Virus record (IMG/VR): IMGVR_UViG_3300037631_003085 | DNA: 64,000 nucleotides | Origin: an uncultured virus (IMG/VR IMGVR_UViG_3300037631_003085) | Taxonomy: Duplodnaviria > Heunggongvirae > Uroviricota > Caudoviricetes | Direction: 5' to 3' (one strand) | Shown: positions 45,966 through 56,512 of the stretch, piece by piece | How positions within the stretch are numbered: the first letter of the stretch is position 1 | Layout of the letters: each line of letters begins with the position of its first letter | Made by a program: the position numbers and the translations under genes | The notes under the pieces: generated by a model | Seen by the model: the letters and a program-made list of their open reading frames with translations, nothing else | What the model was told of the DNA's origin: nothing | The model's database searches: none

Positions 45966-47762
45966 ATGAATACTAAACTAAATAAATCGGTTAAGAAGTT
46001 TTTAGATGATTATCTAAAAGATGAAAAAAAGAATTCGCCAGAACATCAAGAATCGGTTATGCTGATTATGAGAGGCGCCTTAACTGACGCTAACTTTCAT
46101 AGTGAAGCAAAACAATTAGGTAAATACTTTCCAAAAGCAGGTAAGAAATACATTGGTACACCAATGGAAGATGTGATTGAAAGTAAGGGTATTGCTATTG
46201 CTAAAGCTGCAAAGTGGGATGGTCATGATATCATTGACGCATTTGCATTTTACCTAAGTATGTCAATTGGTGGTTCATTCGGAAATAGATTGATGTCACT
46301 AAAAGAATCAATTGAAGAGTCATTAGTTGAAGAGGGTGAAAAGTTAGACGAGAAGAATGTACCAACTAACCCATCTAAATGGGCTTACTATAAAGCACAA
46401 GCAAAGAAGAAGTTTGACGTATACCCATCAGCATATGCAAATGGTTGGGCTTCAAAACAATACAAAAAAGCTGGTGGTGGTTGGAAGACTGAATCAGTAA
46501 ACGAAGGTATGGTAAGTCCAAGTAAAGGGCATGCTTACTATAAGTTGAGTAAAGACACCCCAATCAAATATGTATCAGGTCATTATGGAGTCGGATTAAA
46601 AGTTCCTGGTGTATTACTTCATAACGAATATGATACAATCAAAGGTCAGAAGGGTGCTTACATTATCAATTACTTCAATCAACATTTCTATGTGGATATT
46701 AAAAACAAATTTGCATCAAGAATTGCCCATCCAGATAATAAAGAGCAAAATAAAGATTTGAAAAAAAATATGCAGTTCTCGGCAGTTGCACCTGACCACA
46801 AAGATTGGAAGAAATATGTGAAGGAATCAGTAAACGAAGGTTATGGTAAATTCATTAAAGCTAAAAACCTTACTGATATCATTAAATTATCAAAGCAAAA
46901 GAAAAACGCAACATTCTATGTAACTGATGATAACAATTCTCGTATTGGTGCATTTTATTTAAAGAATGGTAAGTTTGCTAAAGCAACTACTGCAAACCCT
47001 AGCTATGATTTACAAAATAACAAAACTAAGTTAAGAGATAGAAGTGATGTAATCTACAAGTATAAAGTAGACGAATCAGTAAACGAAGCTAAGGATAAAG
47101 TATTTGTAGTGATGTTTAAGGTCAAAAAAGATTTACCCAATAGAAGTGTAAAACCATCTTCAGCTGTATATGCAAAAGAAGCTGATGCTAAGAAATTCTT
47201 AAAATCGGTTGAGAAAGATGGTGGTAAGGGAATGATTGTAAAGTCTAATAAACCCGTTGGTGTAAAGGTAAATGAAGCTGCAACAAGAACTGCTGTGGAA
47301 ATTGGTGGTTTGACCGGTGTGAATAAAGATGCTATCCAAAAGTTTGTTGATGATAACAAATTAGACATTGAGAAAGTATACCAATTCGTTAAGAAAGGTA
47401 AACTTGCTGATAGAATGAAGTTAGTATCTGCAATCGCAGGTAAACCTAATAACCCAGTTCAAAAGAAGATGGTTAAACAATTCGGTGAAGGTATCATCAA
47501 AGAAGCAAAAGTAAGATTGGGTAAAGACTCAGTAAACTTCAAAGTGATGGGTGACTCAAAGGGATTGACCCTAATCGCTGCAAGTGGTAATGACTTAGAT
47601 GGTCTTCAAGATGCAATTGAAAATAATGTTGATGTGAAAGAAGAATTGAGAAAGACACTTGAGAAACAACTTAAAGTTCCAGTTGAAGTGGATAGAGATT
47701 ACGATGGTGCTGGTTTTAGATTCAACATTGACTTTTACTCATTGGCTAAAAAGGTAAAGTAA
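45966..47762 (+). CDS. modular polyprotein, probable internal head protein
   Basis: Lys-rich modules separated by ESVNE, LDE, VNE and IKE linkers; includes a KKKFDVYPSAYANGW module. Confidence 0.7.
   Translation: MNTKLNKSVKKFLDDYLKDEKKNSPEHQESVMLIMRGALTDANFHSEAKQLGKYFPKAGKKYIGTPMEDVIESKGIAIAKAAKWDGHDIIDAFAFYLSMSIGGSFGNRLMSLKESIEESLVEEGEKLDEKNVPTNPSKWAYYKAQAKKKFDVYPSAYANGWASKQYKKAGGGWKTESVNEGMVSPSKGHAYYKLSKDTPIKYVSGHYGVGLKVPGVLLHNEYDTIKGQKGAYIINYFNQHFYVDIKNKFASRIAHPDNKEQNKDLKKNMQFSAVAPDHKDWKKYVKESVNEGYGKFIKAKNLTDIIKLSKQKKNATFYVTDDNNSRIGAFYLKNGKFAKATTANPSYDLQNNKTKLRDRSDVIYKYKVDESVNEAKDKVFVVMFKVKKDLPNRSVKPSSAVYAKEADAKKFLKSVEKDGGKGMIVKSNKPVGVKVNEAATRTAVEIGGLTGVNKDAIQKFVDDNKLDIEKVYQFVKKGKLADRMKLVSAIAGKPNNPVQKKMVKQFGEGIIKEAKVRLGKDSVNFKVMGDSKGLTLIAASGNDLDGLQDAIENNVDVKEELRKTLEKQLKVPVEVDRDYDGAGFRFNIDFYSLAKKVK
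46491..47088 (+). repeat. three identical 16-bp repeats GAATCAGTAAACGAAG
   Basis: At 46491-46506, 46824-46839 and 47073-47088, each encoding ESVNE. Confidence 0.9.
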
Positions 47763-47763
47763 G

Positions 47764-48633
47764 ATGACTAAAACACAACTCAAGGAATTAATCAGAGAAG
47801 AATACCATAACGTAAAAGACTTTATGGAAGATAAGTATGGTTTTACTCCTGAGCTGGGTAAGGTCATTGACAACCCATATGTATCATCATTTAAAAATGA
47901 AGCTACATATTCAAGTGGATTATATATGATACTTGACAAAGATGGTAAAGTCGTTGATAAGGGTCTTGAAAGTAATATGTGGTATTCCTTTGAAAAATAT
48001 AGAGGTAAAGGAACACACTATATCGTATCAAAGAAAAACCTAAGTAAAGCACAATCACTTATCAAAAAATATCAGTCAGACCTTAGTAATACTAAGTTCA
48101 GAGATTCGATGTTTAAATTGTACAAGGAATCAGTATCAACTGAAGCGTTATCAGATTATGAAAAAGATGGTGCTGACTACGAACAATTATACAAAGATTA
48201 CTTATACTCTAAGAAGAGAAAAACCGAAGGTGATGAAGTAATCGATGAGTATGATGTTGATACTATTGAAGAGACGACTGATTTCATAAACTTTATGAAA
48301 GAATACTCTCAGATGTTAAATTTACATAAAGAGCAGAATAGTGATATCTACGCACTAAACCCAACACTTGATGAAGCAGAGTATCAAGGTCGTGACGTAA
48401 AACTTGGTAAACCAATGCAAGGTGATGTTAAGAAGTTTAAAGTATACGTAAAGAATCCAAAGGGAAATGTTGTAAAGGTAAACTTCGGACATGGTGGAAC
48501 ATCTGCAAAGGGTAAAACAATGTCTATCAAAAAGAATGACCCTGCGAGACGTAAGGCATTTAGAGCAAGACATAATTGTGATAATCCTGGACCACGACAT
48601 AAAGCTAGATATTGGTCTTGTCGTAAGTGGTAA
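47764..48633 (+). CDS. modular internal-head-like protein
   Basis: LKELIREE leader; C-terminal EAEYQGRDVKL...RRKAFRARHNC...ARYWSCRKW module. Confidence 0.7.
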   Translation: MTKTQLKELIREEYHNVKDFMEDKYGFTPELGKVIDNPYVSSFKNEATYSSGLYMILDKDGKVVDKGLESNMWYSFEKYRGKGTHYIVSKKNLSKAQSLIKKYQSDLSNTKFRDSMFKLYKESVSTEALSDYEKDGADYEQLYKDYLYSKKRKTEGDEVIDEYDVDTIEETTDFINFMKEYSQMLNLHKEQNSDIYALNPTLDEAEYQGRDVKLGKPMQGDVKKFKVYVKNPKGNVVKVNFGHGGTSAKGKTMSIKKNDPARRKAFRARHNCDNPGPRHKARYWSCRKW

Positions 48634-48693
48634 CTTAATTAACTCCGAGTTACATACTTATATAAACAAGTAAGTTTAACAAAAGAGAGAATT

Positions 48694-49011
48694 ATGACAA
48701 AACTTAAAAATTGGTTCATCGGTCTATGGAATAGATTATTGAACAAAACTACCATTGATGAACAAATCATGGAAACAGTAGCAGATGCAAAGGAAAAGCT
48801 AGAATCAGTTAAAGAAGAGTTTGCTGATGTAGCAGAAGAACTTAAAGACGTAATGTCGGCCATTAAGGGAAAGGTTACTAAAAGTAAACTTCGTTCGATG
48901 ACAAAAGTACAAATGCTTGAAGCTGCTAAAAAAGACCACAATGTTGATTTGGATTCTAAACTAAACAAGACGAATCTAATTAATAAAGTTTACGAACTTT
49001 ACAACAAGTAA
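48694..49011 (+). CDS. hypothetical protein with amphipathic N-terminus
   Basis: 105 aa, late motif upstream. Confidence 0.65.
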   Translation: MTKLKNWFIGLWNRLLNKTTIDEQIMETVADAKEKLESVKEEFADVAEELKDVMSAIKGKVTKSKLRSMTKVQMLEAAKKDHNVDLDSKLNKTNLINKVYELYNK

Positions 49012-49014
49012 TTT

Positions 49015-49596
49015 GTGAGAAATTATTTCGGAGATATCAAGACCCTTCTGATAGTAGTATTAGGAGTTATTATATTTTTGACACGTGGTTGTCAGAACGG
49101 GTCTGATATTACCGAACCACAAGTTATTACTGAAGTAGTCACAAAATGGGATACTGTACAAATTGAAAAAACCAAGTACATCCCAAAGGTAGTGGAGAAG
49201 GTAGTAGTTAATATTGATACATTTACTACACCAATTGATACATTATCAGTATTAAAAGATTATTACGCAAAATACTTTTATACTGACACTATTATTATAG
49301 ATTCGCTAGGTTATGTTACTATTAACGATACGATAACACGTAACCTAATTTCATTTAGAGATGTTCAATCCGAAATACTCATCCCAACAACTACAATTAC
49401 TAATACTGTTTACATCAACAAACGTGAACTCTATGTGGGTACTACGTTAAATGGTGACCGAACTCAATTATATAACTTGAGCGGTAATCTTTTATACAAA
49501 ACAAAAAAACGTAATGTATATAATATTGGGGTAGGTGTAGATAGTGACTTCAAGCCCGTTTACACAATTGGTATGTATTGGAAGTTTGGTAAATAA
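49015..49596 (+). CDS. membrane-anchored/lipoprotein-like protein, possibly lysis accessory
   Basis: Hydrophobic N-terminus followed by TRGC; DT-rich stalk and beta-rich C-terminus. Confidence 0.55.
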   Translation: MRNYFGDIKTLLIVVLGVIIFLTRGCQNGSDITEPQVITEVVTKWDTVQIEKTKYIPKVVEKVVVNIDTFTTPIDTLSVLKDYYAKYFYTDTIIIDSLGYVTINDTITRNLISFRDVQSEILIPTTTITNTVYINKRELYVGTTLNGDRTQLYNLSGNLLYKTKKRNVYNIGVGVDSDFKPVYTIGMYWKFGK

Positions 49597-49604
49597 TAGG
49601 TGAT

Positions 49605-51179
49605 ATGCCAAAAGATATAAAAACACTAATCAGGGAAGAGTGGGTTAAGTGTGCTAAGGATCCAGTATATTTCTTCAAGAAGTATTGTTATATCCAACAC
49701 CCCCACCGAGGTAAGATTTTATTTAATCTTTACCCATTTCAAGAAGACTTAATGACAAGTGTAAATGAGGAACGATTCAACGTAATCCTCAAGTCACGTC
49801 AGTTGGGTATCTCAACACTATCAGCCGGGTATTCACTATGGTTGATGTTGTTTCATGAAGATAAAAACATTCTTGTAATTGCTACCAAACAAGAGGTAGC
49901 TAAGAATCTTGTTACTAAGGTAAGATTCATGCATGATAATTTACCAACGTGGCTAAAGGGTCAGACTGAAGAAGATAACAAACTATCCTTACGATTACGA
50001 AATGGTTCTCAAATTAAAGCAACATCTGCCGCAGGTGATGCTGGTCGTTCTGAAGCATTATCAATGTTGATTATCGATGAGGCTGCATTCATTAACAATG
50101 TAGAAGAGATTTGGACTTCGGCACAATCTACACTTTCTACCGGTGGTGGTGCTATTGTATTATCTACTCCAAATGGTGTGGGTAATTGGTTTCACAAGAT
50201 TTGGGTTCAAGGTCAACAAGGAGACCAGTGGAATCCAACCGAATTACATTGGACGGTACATCCTGAGAGAAATCAATTGTGGAGAGATGAACAAGAGAAA
50301 TTATTAGGAGCTAAGGGCGCAGCACAAGAGTGTGATTGTGACTTTATCAGTTCTGGCCATACGGTAGTTGAAGGTGCTACATTACAATGGTACGAAGAAA
50401 CGTATGTAAAAGACCCAATTGAAAAACGTGGGTTTGATGGTAACTATTGGTTATGGGACTATCCAAATTATTCTCGTGATTATGTAGTAGTTGCCGATGT
50501 CGCAAGAGGTGACTCATCCGATTATTCAGCATTCCATGTATTCGATGTAGAGACTGTTGAACAAGTAGCAGAATACAAAGGTAAGATTGATACTAAACAA
50601 TATGGTGCAATGTTAACTTCGGTAGCGGCGGAATGGAACAACGCAATGTTGGTGATTGAAAACGCAAATATTGGTTGGGCAGTGATACAAGAAGTAATTG
50701 ATAGAAACTATGATAATCTATATTATTCATATAGAGATGTAGGTTACATAGATGATGATATACATCTCAGAAAAGGTTTTGACTTAAAACGTAAAGAGGA
50801 TATGGTTCCTGGATTTTCTATGACAAGTAGAACTCGACCATTAGTAATATCTAAGTTAGATATGTATATGAGAGAGAGGACCCCTATAATCCATTCTAAG
50901 AGACTTATAGACGAATTGTTTGTATTCATATGGAATGGTAGTAGAGCTGAAGCACAACGTGGTTATAATGATGACTTGGTGATATCATTCTCCACCGGTC
51001 TTTGGGTACGTGATACGGCATTAAAATTAAGACAACAGGGTATGGATTTAACGAGAACTACATTAGGGCATATGGGTAAGTCAAGTACCGGTGTTTATTC
51101 TAACCGTAACCTCGGCCAAGACCCATGGAAACAAAAAGACCAACATGGAAAGGACCAAGATTTAACTTGGTTACTTTAA
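49605..51179 (+). CDS. terminase large subunit (gp17-like)
   Basis: LYPFQ, KSRQLGIST Walker A, IIDEAAF Walker B, STPNG, DVARG..DYS, E.AN.G, DDLV. Confidence 0.95.
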   Translation: MPKDIKTLIREEWVKCAKDPVYFFKKYCYIQHPHRGKILFNLYPFQEDLMTSVNEERFNVILKSRQLGISTLSAGYSLWLMLFHEDKNILVIATKQEVAKNLVTKVRFMHDNLPTWLKGQTEEDNKLSLRLRNGSQIKATSAAGDAGRSEALSMLIIDEAAFINNVEEIWTSAQSTLSTGGGAIVLSTPNGVGNWFHKIWVQGQQGDQWNPTELHWTVHPERNQLWRDEQEKLLGAKGAAQECDCDFISSGHTVVEGATLQWYEETYVKDPIEKRGFDGNYWLWDYPNYSRDYVVVADVARGDSSDYSAFHVFDVETVEQVAEYKGKIDTKQYGAMLTSVAAEWNNAMLVIENANIGWAVIQEVIDRNYDNLYYSYRDVGYIDDDIHLRKGFDLKRKEDMVPGFSMTSRTRPLVISKLDMYMRERTPIIHSKRLIDELFVFIWNGSRAEAQRGYNDDLVISFSTGLWVRDTALKLRQQGMDLTRTTLGHMGKSSTGVYSNRNLGQDPWKQKDQHGKDQDLTWLL

Positions 51180-51252
51180 ATTTGGTACTTTAATTTATTT
51201 TTTGTATATTTATAACTTGTAGAAGTATATACTTTTAGTTAGAGACGAAATT

Positions 51253-53103
51253 ATGGCAGATAAATCACTATTTAATAGGTTAGGAAAATTATTCAACACT
51301 CAAGTTGTTGTCCGTAGGATTGGTAAGGGTCGTACCCAAACTATCGATACTCAAAGACTACAATCTCAGGGTAACCTCCGTGGTTCATCTTATTACGATA
51401 GGTTTGGTAGAATGCATACCTCTCGTAGAAATTGGGAAACGTATAACAATCAATTTAATTATCATTCAAATAAATTAGAACTATATACTGATTACGAAGC
51501 AATGGATAAAGATTCCATTCTAAACTCAGTATTAGATATATACGCCGATGAGTGTACTCTAAAAAATGACATGGGTGATGTTCTTAGAATTAAAACTAAT
51601 GACGAGAACGTAAAAAAGATTCTTCACAACCTATTTTACGATGTAATGAATATTGAGTTCAATCTTTGGGCTTGGATTCGTGGTATGAATAAATATGGTG
51701 ACTACTTCCTACATCTTGATATTGAAGAAGGTGTTGGTATTGTAAACGTATCACCAATGTCAGCATACGAAGTAGAAAGAGAAGAAGGGTTTAATCCCGA
51801 AAACCCATACGAAGTAAGATTTAAATTAGGTTCAATGGGTGCTGCTCATGGTGCAAGTGTAAACAAGAACGCTGATTACTTTGAGTTCTATCAAATCGCA
51901 CATTTCCGTTTATTAGCAGATACAAACTTCCTTCCATATGGTCGTTCGTTGCTAGAAGGTGCAAGAAAGACTTGGAAGCAGTTGACTCTTATGGAAGATG
52001 CTATGATGATTCATAGAATTATGAGAGCACCTGAAAGACGTACATTTAAAATTGATGTAGGTAACATTCCACCTGGTGAAGTTGATAACCACATGAGAGG
52101 TATCATTGACCAAATGAAGAAAGTACCATATCTTGACCAAAATACTGGTGACTACAATCTCAAGTTTAATCTAATGAATATGTTAGATGATTACTACCTA
52201 CCAGTTCGTGGTGGTCAAAGTGGTACTGAGATAGATACACTAAGTGGTATGGAATTCGGTGGTATTGATGATATAGAATACCTAAGAAATAGAATGATGG
52301 CTGCACTAAAAGTACCAAAAGCATTTATTGGGTACGATGAGTCAGTTGAAGGTAAGGCAACTCTTGCACAAGAGGACATCAGATTCGCACGTTCAGTTGA
52401 GAGAATCCAAAAGATTGTTCTTTCTGAATTAACTAAGATTGCAATTGTTCACTTATATTCACAAGGTTACGAAAACGAAGACCTTGTTAACTTTGAGTTG
52501 GAACTTACAAACCCATCTATCATATACGAACAAGAGAAAGCTGCATTGTGGTCTGAGAAGGTATCATTGGTATCTGATATGAAAGACCTCAAAATGGTTT
52601 CTCAAGAATGGATGTATAAGAACATATTCAATATGAGTGATGATGAGTGGGCTCTTGAACAAGGTAAAGTTATTGGAGATTTAAAACTCGGATTTAGACA
52701 AGCTCAAATTGAAGATGAAGGTAATGATCCAGTTAAAACTGGCGAGTCATTTGGCACACCACACGATTTGGCACAAATGCATCAAACACCTAACGATGAT
52801 GGTGGTTCTCCTGAAGGTGGGTTTGATGGCGCTGGTAGACCATCAACATCAGGTAACTATAAAACGGATGATAGTGCATTTGGCAGAGACCCACTTGGTC
52901 AAAAGACCGATATTAAACCAGCCGCAACATATCATAAGTATAAAAATTCACCACTTGCTTACGAGCAAACACAAGCTTTGAAATCATCTTTGAAAAACGT
53001 TAAACGCAAAACAACTAAGATTCTAAATGAATCTTTATTAGAAGATGAAAAGGCTGAATCGGGTTTATTAGATGAGAGAAATCTTATCGATGACACGATT
53101 TGA
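51253..53103 (+). CDS. portal protein (gp20-like)
   Basis: MEDAMMIHRIMRAPERRTFKIDVGN, DYYLPVRG, GTEIDTL.G, ALKVPK. Confidence 0.95.
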   Translation: MADKSLFNRLGKLFNTQVVVRRIGKGRTQTIDTQRLQSQGNLRGSSYYDRFGRMHTSRRNWETYNNQFNYHSNKLELYTDYEAMDKDSILNSVLDIYADECTLKNDMGDVLRIKTNDENVKKILHNLFYDVMNIEFNLWAWIRGMNKYGDYFLHLDIEEGVGIVNVSPMSAYEVEREEGFNPENPYEVRFKLGSMGAAHGASVNKNADYFEFYQIAHFRLLADTNFLPYGRSLLEGARKTWKQLTLMEDAMMIHRIMRAPERRTFKIDVGNIPPGEVDNHMRGIIDQMKKVPYLDQNTGDYNLKFNLMNMLDDYYLPVRGGQSGTEIDTLSGMEFGGIDDIEYLRNRMMAALKVPKAFIGYDESVEGKATLAQEDIRFARSVERIQKIVLSELTKIAIVHLYSQGYENEDLVNFELELTNPSIIYEQEKAALWSEKVSLVSDMKDLKMVSQEWMYKNIFNMSDDEWALEQGKVIGDLKLGFRQAQIEDEGNDPVKTGESFGTPHDLAQMHQTPNDDGGSPEGGFDGAGRPSTSGNYKTDDSAFGRDPLGQKTDIKPAATYHKYKNSPLAYEQTQALKSSLKNVKRKTTKILNESLLEDEKAESGLLDERNLIDDTI

Positions 53104-53152
53104 TGAGTTTTTACATATTTATAAATTGGAATAGTAATAGATAAGGTTTACA

Positions 53153-53998
53153 ATGGCCAAATTAAAACACAGCAAGTTTAAAAATACGGGTATTCTATTT
53201 GAATTACTCGTAAAGCAAATCGCATCCGATACACTTGCGAACAAAGATTCTCTTGCCTTGGAAATAATAAAGAAACATTTCAAAAGAGGTACTGAATTAA
53301 ACAAAGAGTTAAAATTGTATCAATCTTTAACTAAAGAAAACTTCGATAACCAATATCAGGCTCAGGAGTTTTTAAATATTGTATTGGAAGAACGTGGTAG
53401 TTTAAATGAGGGTATTCTTCGTAGACAAAAGTATAATTTGATTAAATCAATCAAAGAGTCATTTGTTATGGAGGACTTCTTTAAATATCGTGTTACTAAT
53501 TATCGTGAAATGGCATCGGTTTACAAAATGTTTGAAAATACAAGTTTGACATCTCCAAAAGAGTACGTTACTTGTAAAAATACAATACTCGAAGTAATCA
53601 CTAAATCAAATGTTGAGATTGTAACTGAATCTGATAATACTGAGTATAACAACCAATCTAAAGAAGTTAGGTTGTTGGCTTATAAGTTCTTGGTTGAATC
53701 ATTTAACTCAAAGTACACAACTTTATCAGAAGAACAAAAGATGATTTTAAAGAATTATATCAACAACGTTGATAATTCAACTAAATTAAAGTCATTTGTT
53801 ATAACTGAAGTTAAGAAACTAAAGAAAAGTTTCAAAGCAGTAGATGTATCGGATAAAGTAGCACAAATAAAACTAAATGAAACTGTAAATCTTATTGATA
53901 ACATTACAAATTCTAAAATAATCAATGAGAATCAGATTTTATCTCTTCTAAGATATCATGAACTTTTACAAGAGTTACGGAGGGTTTCAAATGTCTAA
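53153..53998 (+). CDS. conserved head-region protein
   Basis: KHSKFKNTGILFELL N-terminus; located between portal and protease. Confidence 0.75.
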   Translation: MAKLKHSKFKNTGILFELLVKQIASDTLANKDSLALEIIKKHFKRGTELNKELKLYQSLTKENFDNQYQAQEFLNIVLEERGSLNEGILRRQKYNLIKSIKESFVMEDFFKYRVTNYREMASVYKMFENTSLTSPKEYVTCKNTILEVITKSNVEIVTESDNTEYNNQSKEVRLLAYKFLVESFNSKYTTLSEEQKMILKNYINNVDNSTKLKSFVITEVKKLKKSFKAVDVSDKVAQIKLNETVNLIDNITNSKIINENQILSLLRYHELLQELRRVSNV

Positions 53999-54521
53999 AT
54001 TCTTACTAGAACAATTGGAAGGTAAGTTTGAAGAGCTGGAGTCAATCGAAACTCTTAAAGAGGAAGAGGTAGATGAGGCTAATGTAACATCTAATATGGA
54101 TGGGGGAGCAGGCCCACCTAAAACTCCTAACGCATTTGCAAAGAGTGAAGATGAAGATGATTTGGATACTGACCACATAGAGGTACTTGGTTATAAAAAA
54201 CCAAAGAAAACAAAAAAGATAAATACGGAGTCTAAAACTATGAAGAAATTAGAAGATAAGCTAGAACGTATAATCGAAGCTACTTATAGAGATTACAAAA
54301 AAGATGACTCTATGAAGGCACATCAAAAAGTAAATAAATCTATCAAAGAGATTAATCGAATGATGTACGAAGTTGAAAAGATTGTAAATCAGAACACTAA
54401 GTTAAAAAATGAAATGGGTGTATCTAATGAACAATATTGGAAGTCTACACAAAAAAGATTCGGTAAGATTTCAGAAAGAATGTTAAAAGTTGCTCGTAAC
54501 TTAAAAGAATTGAGCGCATAG
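53991..54521 (+). CDS. head-region protein
   Basis: Start moved to ATG 53991 after GGAGGG; VDE|AN...TPNAF motif. Confidence 0.7.
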   Translation: MSKFLLEQLEGKFEELESIETLKEEEVDEANVTSNMDGGAGPPKTPNAFAKSEDEDDLDTDHIEVLGYKKPKKTKKINTESKTMKKLEDKLERIIEATYRDYKKDDSMKAHQKVNKSIKEINRMMYEVEKIVNQNTKLKNEMGVSNEQYWKSTQKRFGKISERMLKVARNLKELSA

Positions 54522-54522
54522 T

Positions 54523-54663
54523 ATGTCGTGTGGGTGTAATAAAAATAAATTAAACGAAGACCTCGAAGTACAAGACCTCGAAGATATCAGACTATTGATA
54601 CGTAGAGAACTTGCAAGAGTGTTCTTTGATTTATATCGTAAGAAAAAGGTGTGGGAAAACTAA
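54523..54663 (+). CDS. small head-region protein (46 aa, MSCGCNKNKLNEDL...), not in ORF track
   Basis: Fills the gap with 1-nt spacing on each side; carries LNE motif. Confidence 0.6.
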   Translation: MSCGCNKNKLNEDLEVQDLEDIRLLIRRELARVFFDLYRKKKVWEN

Positions 54664-54664
54664 G

Positions 54665-55303
54665 ATGAAACAACTACTTGTAGATACAATGATATTTGAA
54701 GTAACACCTACTATGTTACAAGAAGCAAAGGACCAGACTGGTCGTTTCTTAGTAAATGGTGTGTTACAACGTGCTGATGCTAAAAACCAAAATGGTAGAG
54801 TGTATCCACGTAACATCTTAGAACGTGAAGTAAAGAAATACCAAGGACGTGAAATCAAAGAGAATCGTGCTTATGGTGAATTGGACCATCCTGAAAGTGG
54901 TGTAGTCGAATTAAAGAACACATCACACATTATCCGTGAAGTATCATGGAATGGTGATGATGTTGTTGGAACAGTTGAAATACTAAATACACCAGCTGGA
55001 AAGATTTTACAAGAATTAGTAAAAGCTGGGTGTACTGTTGGTATCTCGTCAAGAGGTATGGGTTCCGTAAAACAAATTGGTGAAGACACCGTCGCAGTAG
55101 AACAAGACTTTGATTTGATATGTTGGGACTTTGTTTCTAACCCATCAACTCATGGAGCATTTCTCTCACCAACAAACGAGGGTACGATAAACGAATCGGT
55201 TACTGTTAAAAAGAATACTTATAAATACAATAAAGCTAACAATATGATGAGAGACATCATGTGTGAGGTTGGTGGATATTGTGAATGTGATTTTGGAGTA
55301 TAA
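54665..55303 (+). CDS. prohead protease (gp21-like)
   Basis: N.NGRVYP, GELDHP, SH, GISSRGMGS, DFVSNPS; start moved to ATG 54665. Confidence 0.95.
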   Translation: MKQLLVDTMIFEVTPTMLQEAKDQTGRFLVNGVLQRADAKNQNGRVYPRNILEREVKKYQGREIKENRAYGELDHPESGVVELKNTSHIIREVSWNGDDVVGTVEILNTPAGKILQELVKAGCTVGISSRGMGSVKQIGEDTVAVEQDFDLICWDFVSNPSTHGAFLSPTNEGTINESVTVKKNTYKYNKANNMMRDIMCEVGGYCECDFGV

Positions 55304-56280
55304 TGAAAAATTTAAAAGAACTACTAAACGAATCTACATACAAACGTATGAAGATAAACGATGAAGAAACCCAAAAGGGAATGACTAACGAAGAAAAGCG
55401 TGAATTCCTTAAAGCTGTTTCTGAATACAAGAAATTCGGTGAGTCAATCTATCGTTCAGGTAATTTGGGAGAAGTATACGAATCTATTAAAGGTATCGTA
55501 GAGACTGCACACAAGGTAACTCTTGAGGAAACTGGAGATTGGTTTGACAAGGTAACTGTTGGTAGACACATGAAGTCTATGAATGAGTCATTCAAAGTAT
55601 TTACTAATACAATCAAAGAAGTAAATACCCTACAACAAAGACTTGAGTCTTGTTACGATGAGATGGGTGAAGTTCTTGGTAAGTATTACGAAATCAAAGA
55701 AGGTAACGAATTCGGCGCTGCAAGAGCGAAAGCAATTGCTAATGGTGATGATGAGTTCGAAGTAGATGGTAAAGAATTTCCAGTAAAAGACGTTGATAAG
55801 GACGACAAGGAAAACGCTAAAGAATTCGCTAAAGAATCTGTAAATGAAGAATCGTCAATGAAGCTAACTGATATACTAAGTGAAAACAAATACTCAATCA
55901 TAGACCCAAAGGGAAACCAAAAGGGTATTGGTACCAAAGACCAAGCAAATAAACTACAAAAGAAATTAGGTGGTTCTAAAAAAGGATACTTTGTAGTTGC
56001 TGCTAAATCGGCATTGAAAGCCAGAAGAGCAATGGAAAAGTATCAGTTTGATTTTAAAAACCCTAAACTTCAAGATAAGATGTCTGACCTTTACTTTGAA
56101 TCAGTAACCGAAGATATTATTGGAGAAGGTGCTTCTAGCGAAGAAAAAAGAATTGTGATGTTGGCAGTTCGTAAAATATCAAAATATCGTCAAGTACCAA
56201 TTAATATATCAGTTGTAGATGTATTAAGAGCTGCAGAAGAACTTGAAAGAGATATCAAAAAAGGTAAGGTTAAGAAATAA
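55303..56280 (+). CDS. modular prohead core/internal protein
   Basis: MKNLKELLNE leader; internal IKE, ESVNE, MKLTDILSE and ESVTE sites. Confidence 0.7.
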   Translation: MKNLKELLNESTYKRMKINDEETQKGMTNEEKREFLKAVSEYKKFGESIYRSGNLGEVYESIKGIVETAHKVTLEETGDWFDKVTVGRHMKSMNESFKVFTNTIKEVNTLQQRLESCYDEMGEVLGKYYEIKEGNEFGAARAKAIANGDDEFEVDGKEFPVKDVDKDDKENAKEFAKESVNEESSMKLTDILSENKYSIIDPKGNQKGIGTKDQANKLQKKLGGSKKGYFVVAAKSALKARRAMEKYQFDFKNPKLQDKMSDLYFESVTEDIIGEGASSEEKRIVMLAVRKISKYRQVPINISVVDVLRAAEELERDIKKGKVKK

Positions 56281-56438
56281 TGAATCGTGATTTAGAACGA
56301 CTTCAAGAAATAAGTGTTGATTTTTCATCATTTATCAAAAAGAACCTTAAAAAGATTAAGAGGTTACCAGCCGATAAACAAAAAGAATTTGGAAATCTTA
56401 TATCTGATTTTAAAGATGGTTTAGATAAAATGTCTTAA
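56280..56438 (+). CDS. small hypothetical protein (52 aa, MNRDLERLQE...), not in ORF track
   Basis: ATG overlaps the upstream TAA; LQE motif. Confidence 0.55.
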   Translation: MNRDLERLQEISVDFSSFIKKNLKKIKRLPADKQKEFGNLISDFKDGLDKMS

Positions 56439-56462
56439 TTAACTTTACAAACACTATTTATA

Positions 56463-56494
56463 GACACCTATCGTTAGTTCGATGGGTGTTTTTT
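56463..56494 (+). terminator. terminator-like hairpin upstream of bS21
   Basis: GACACCTATCG/CGATGGGTGTT stem followed by TTTT. Confidence 0.55.
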
Positions 56495-56512
56495 GTTTAT
56501 TAAATAAAATAT

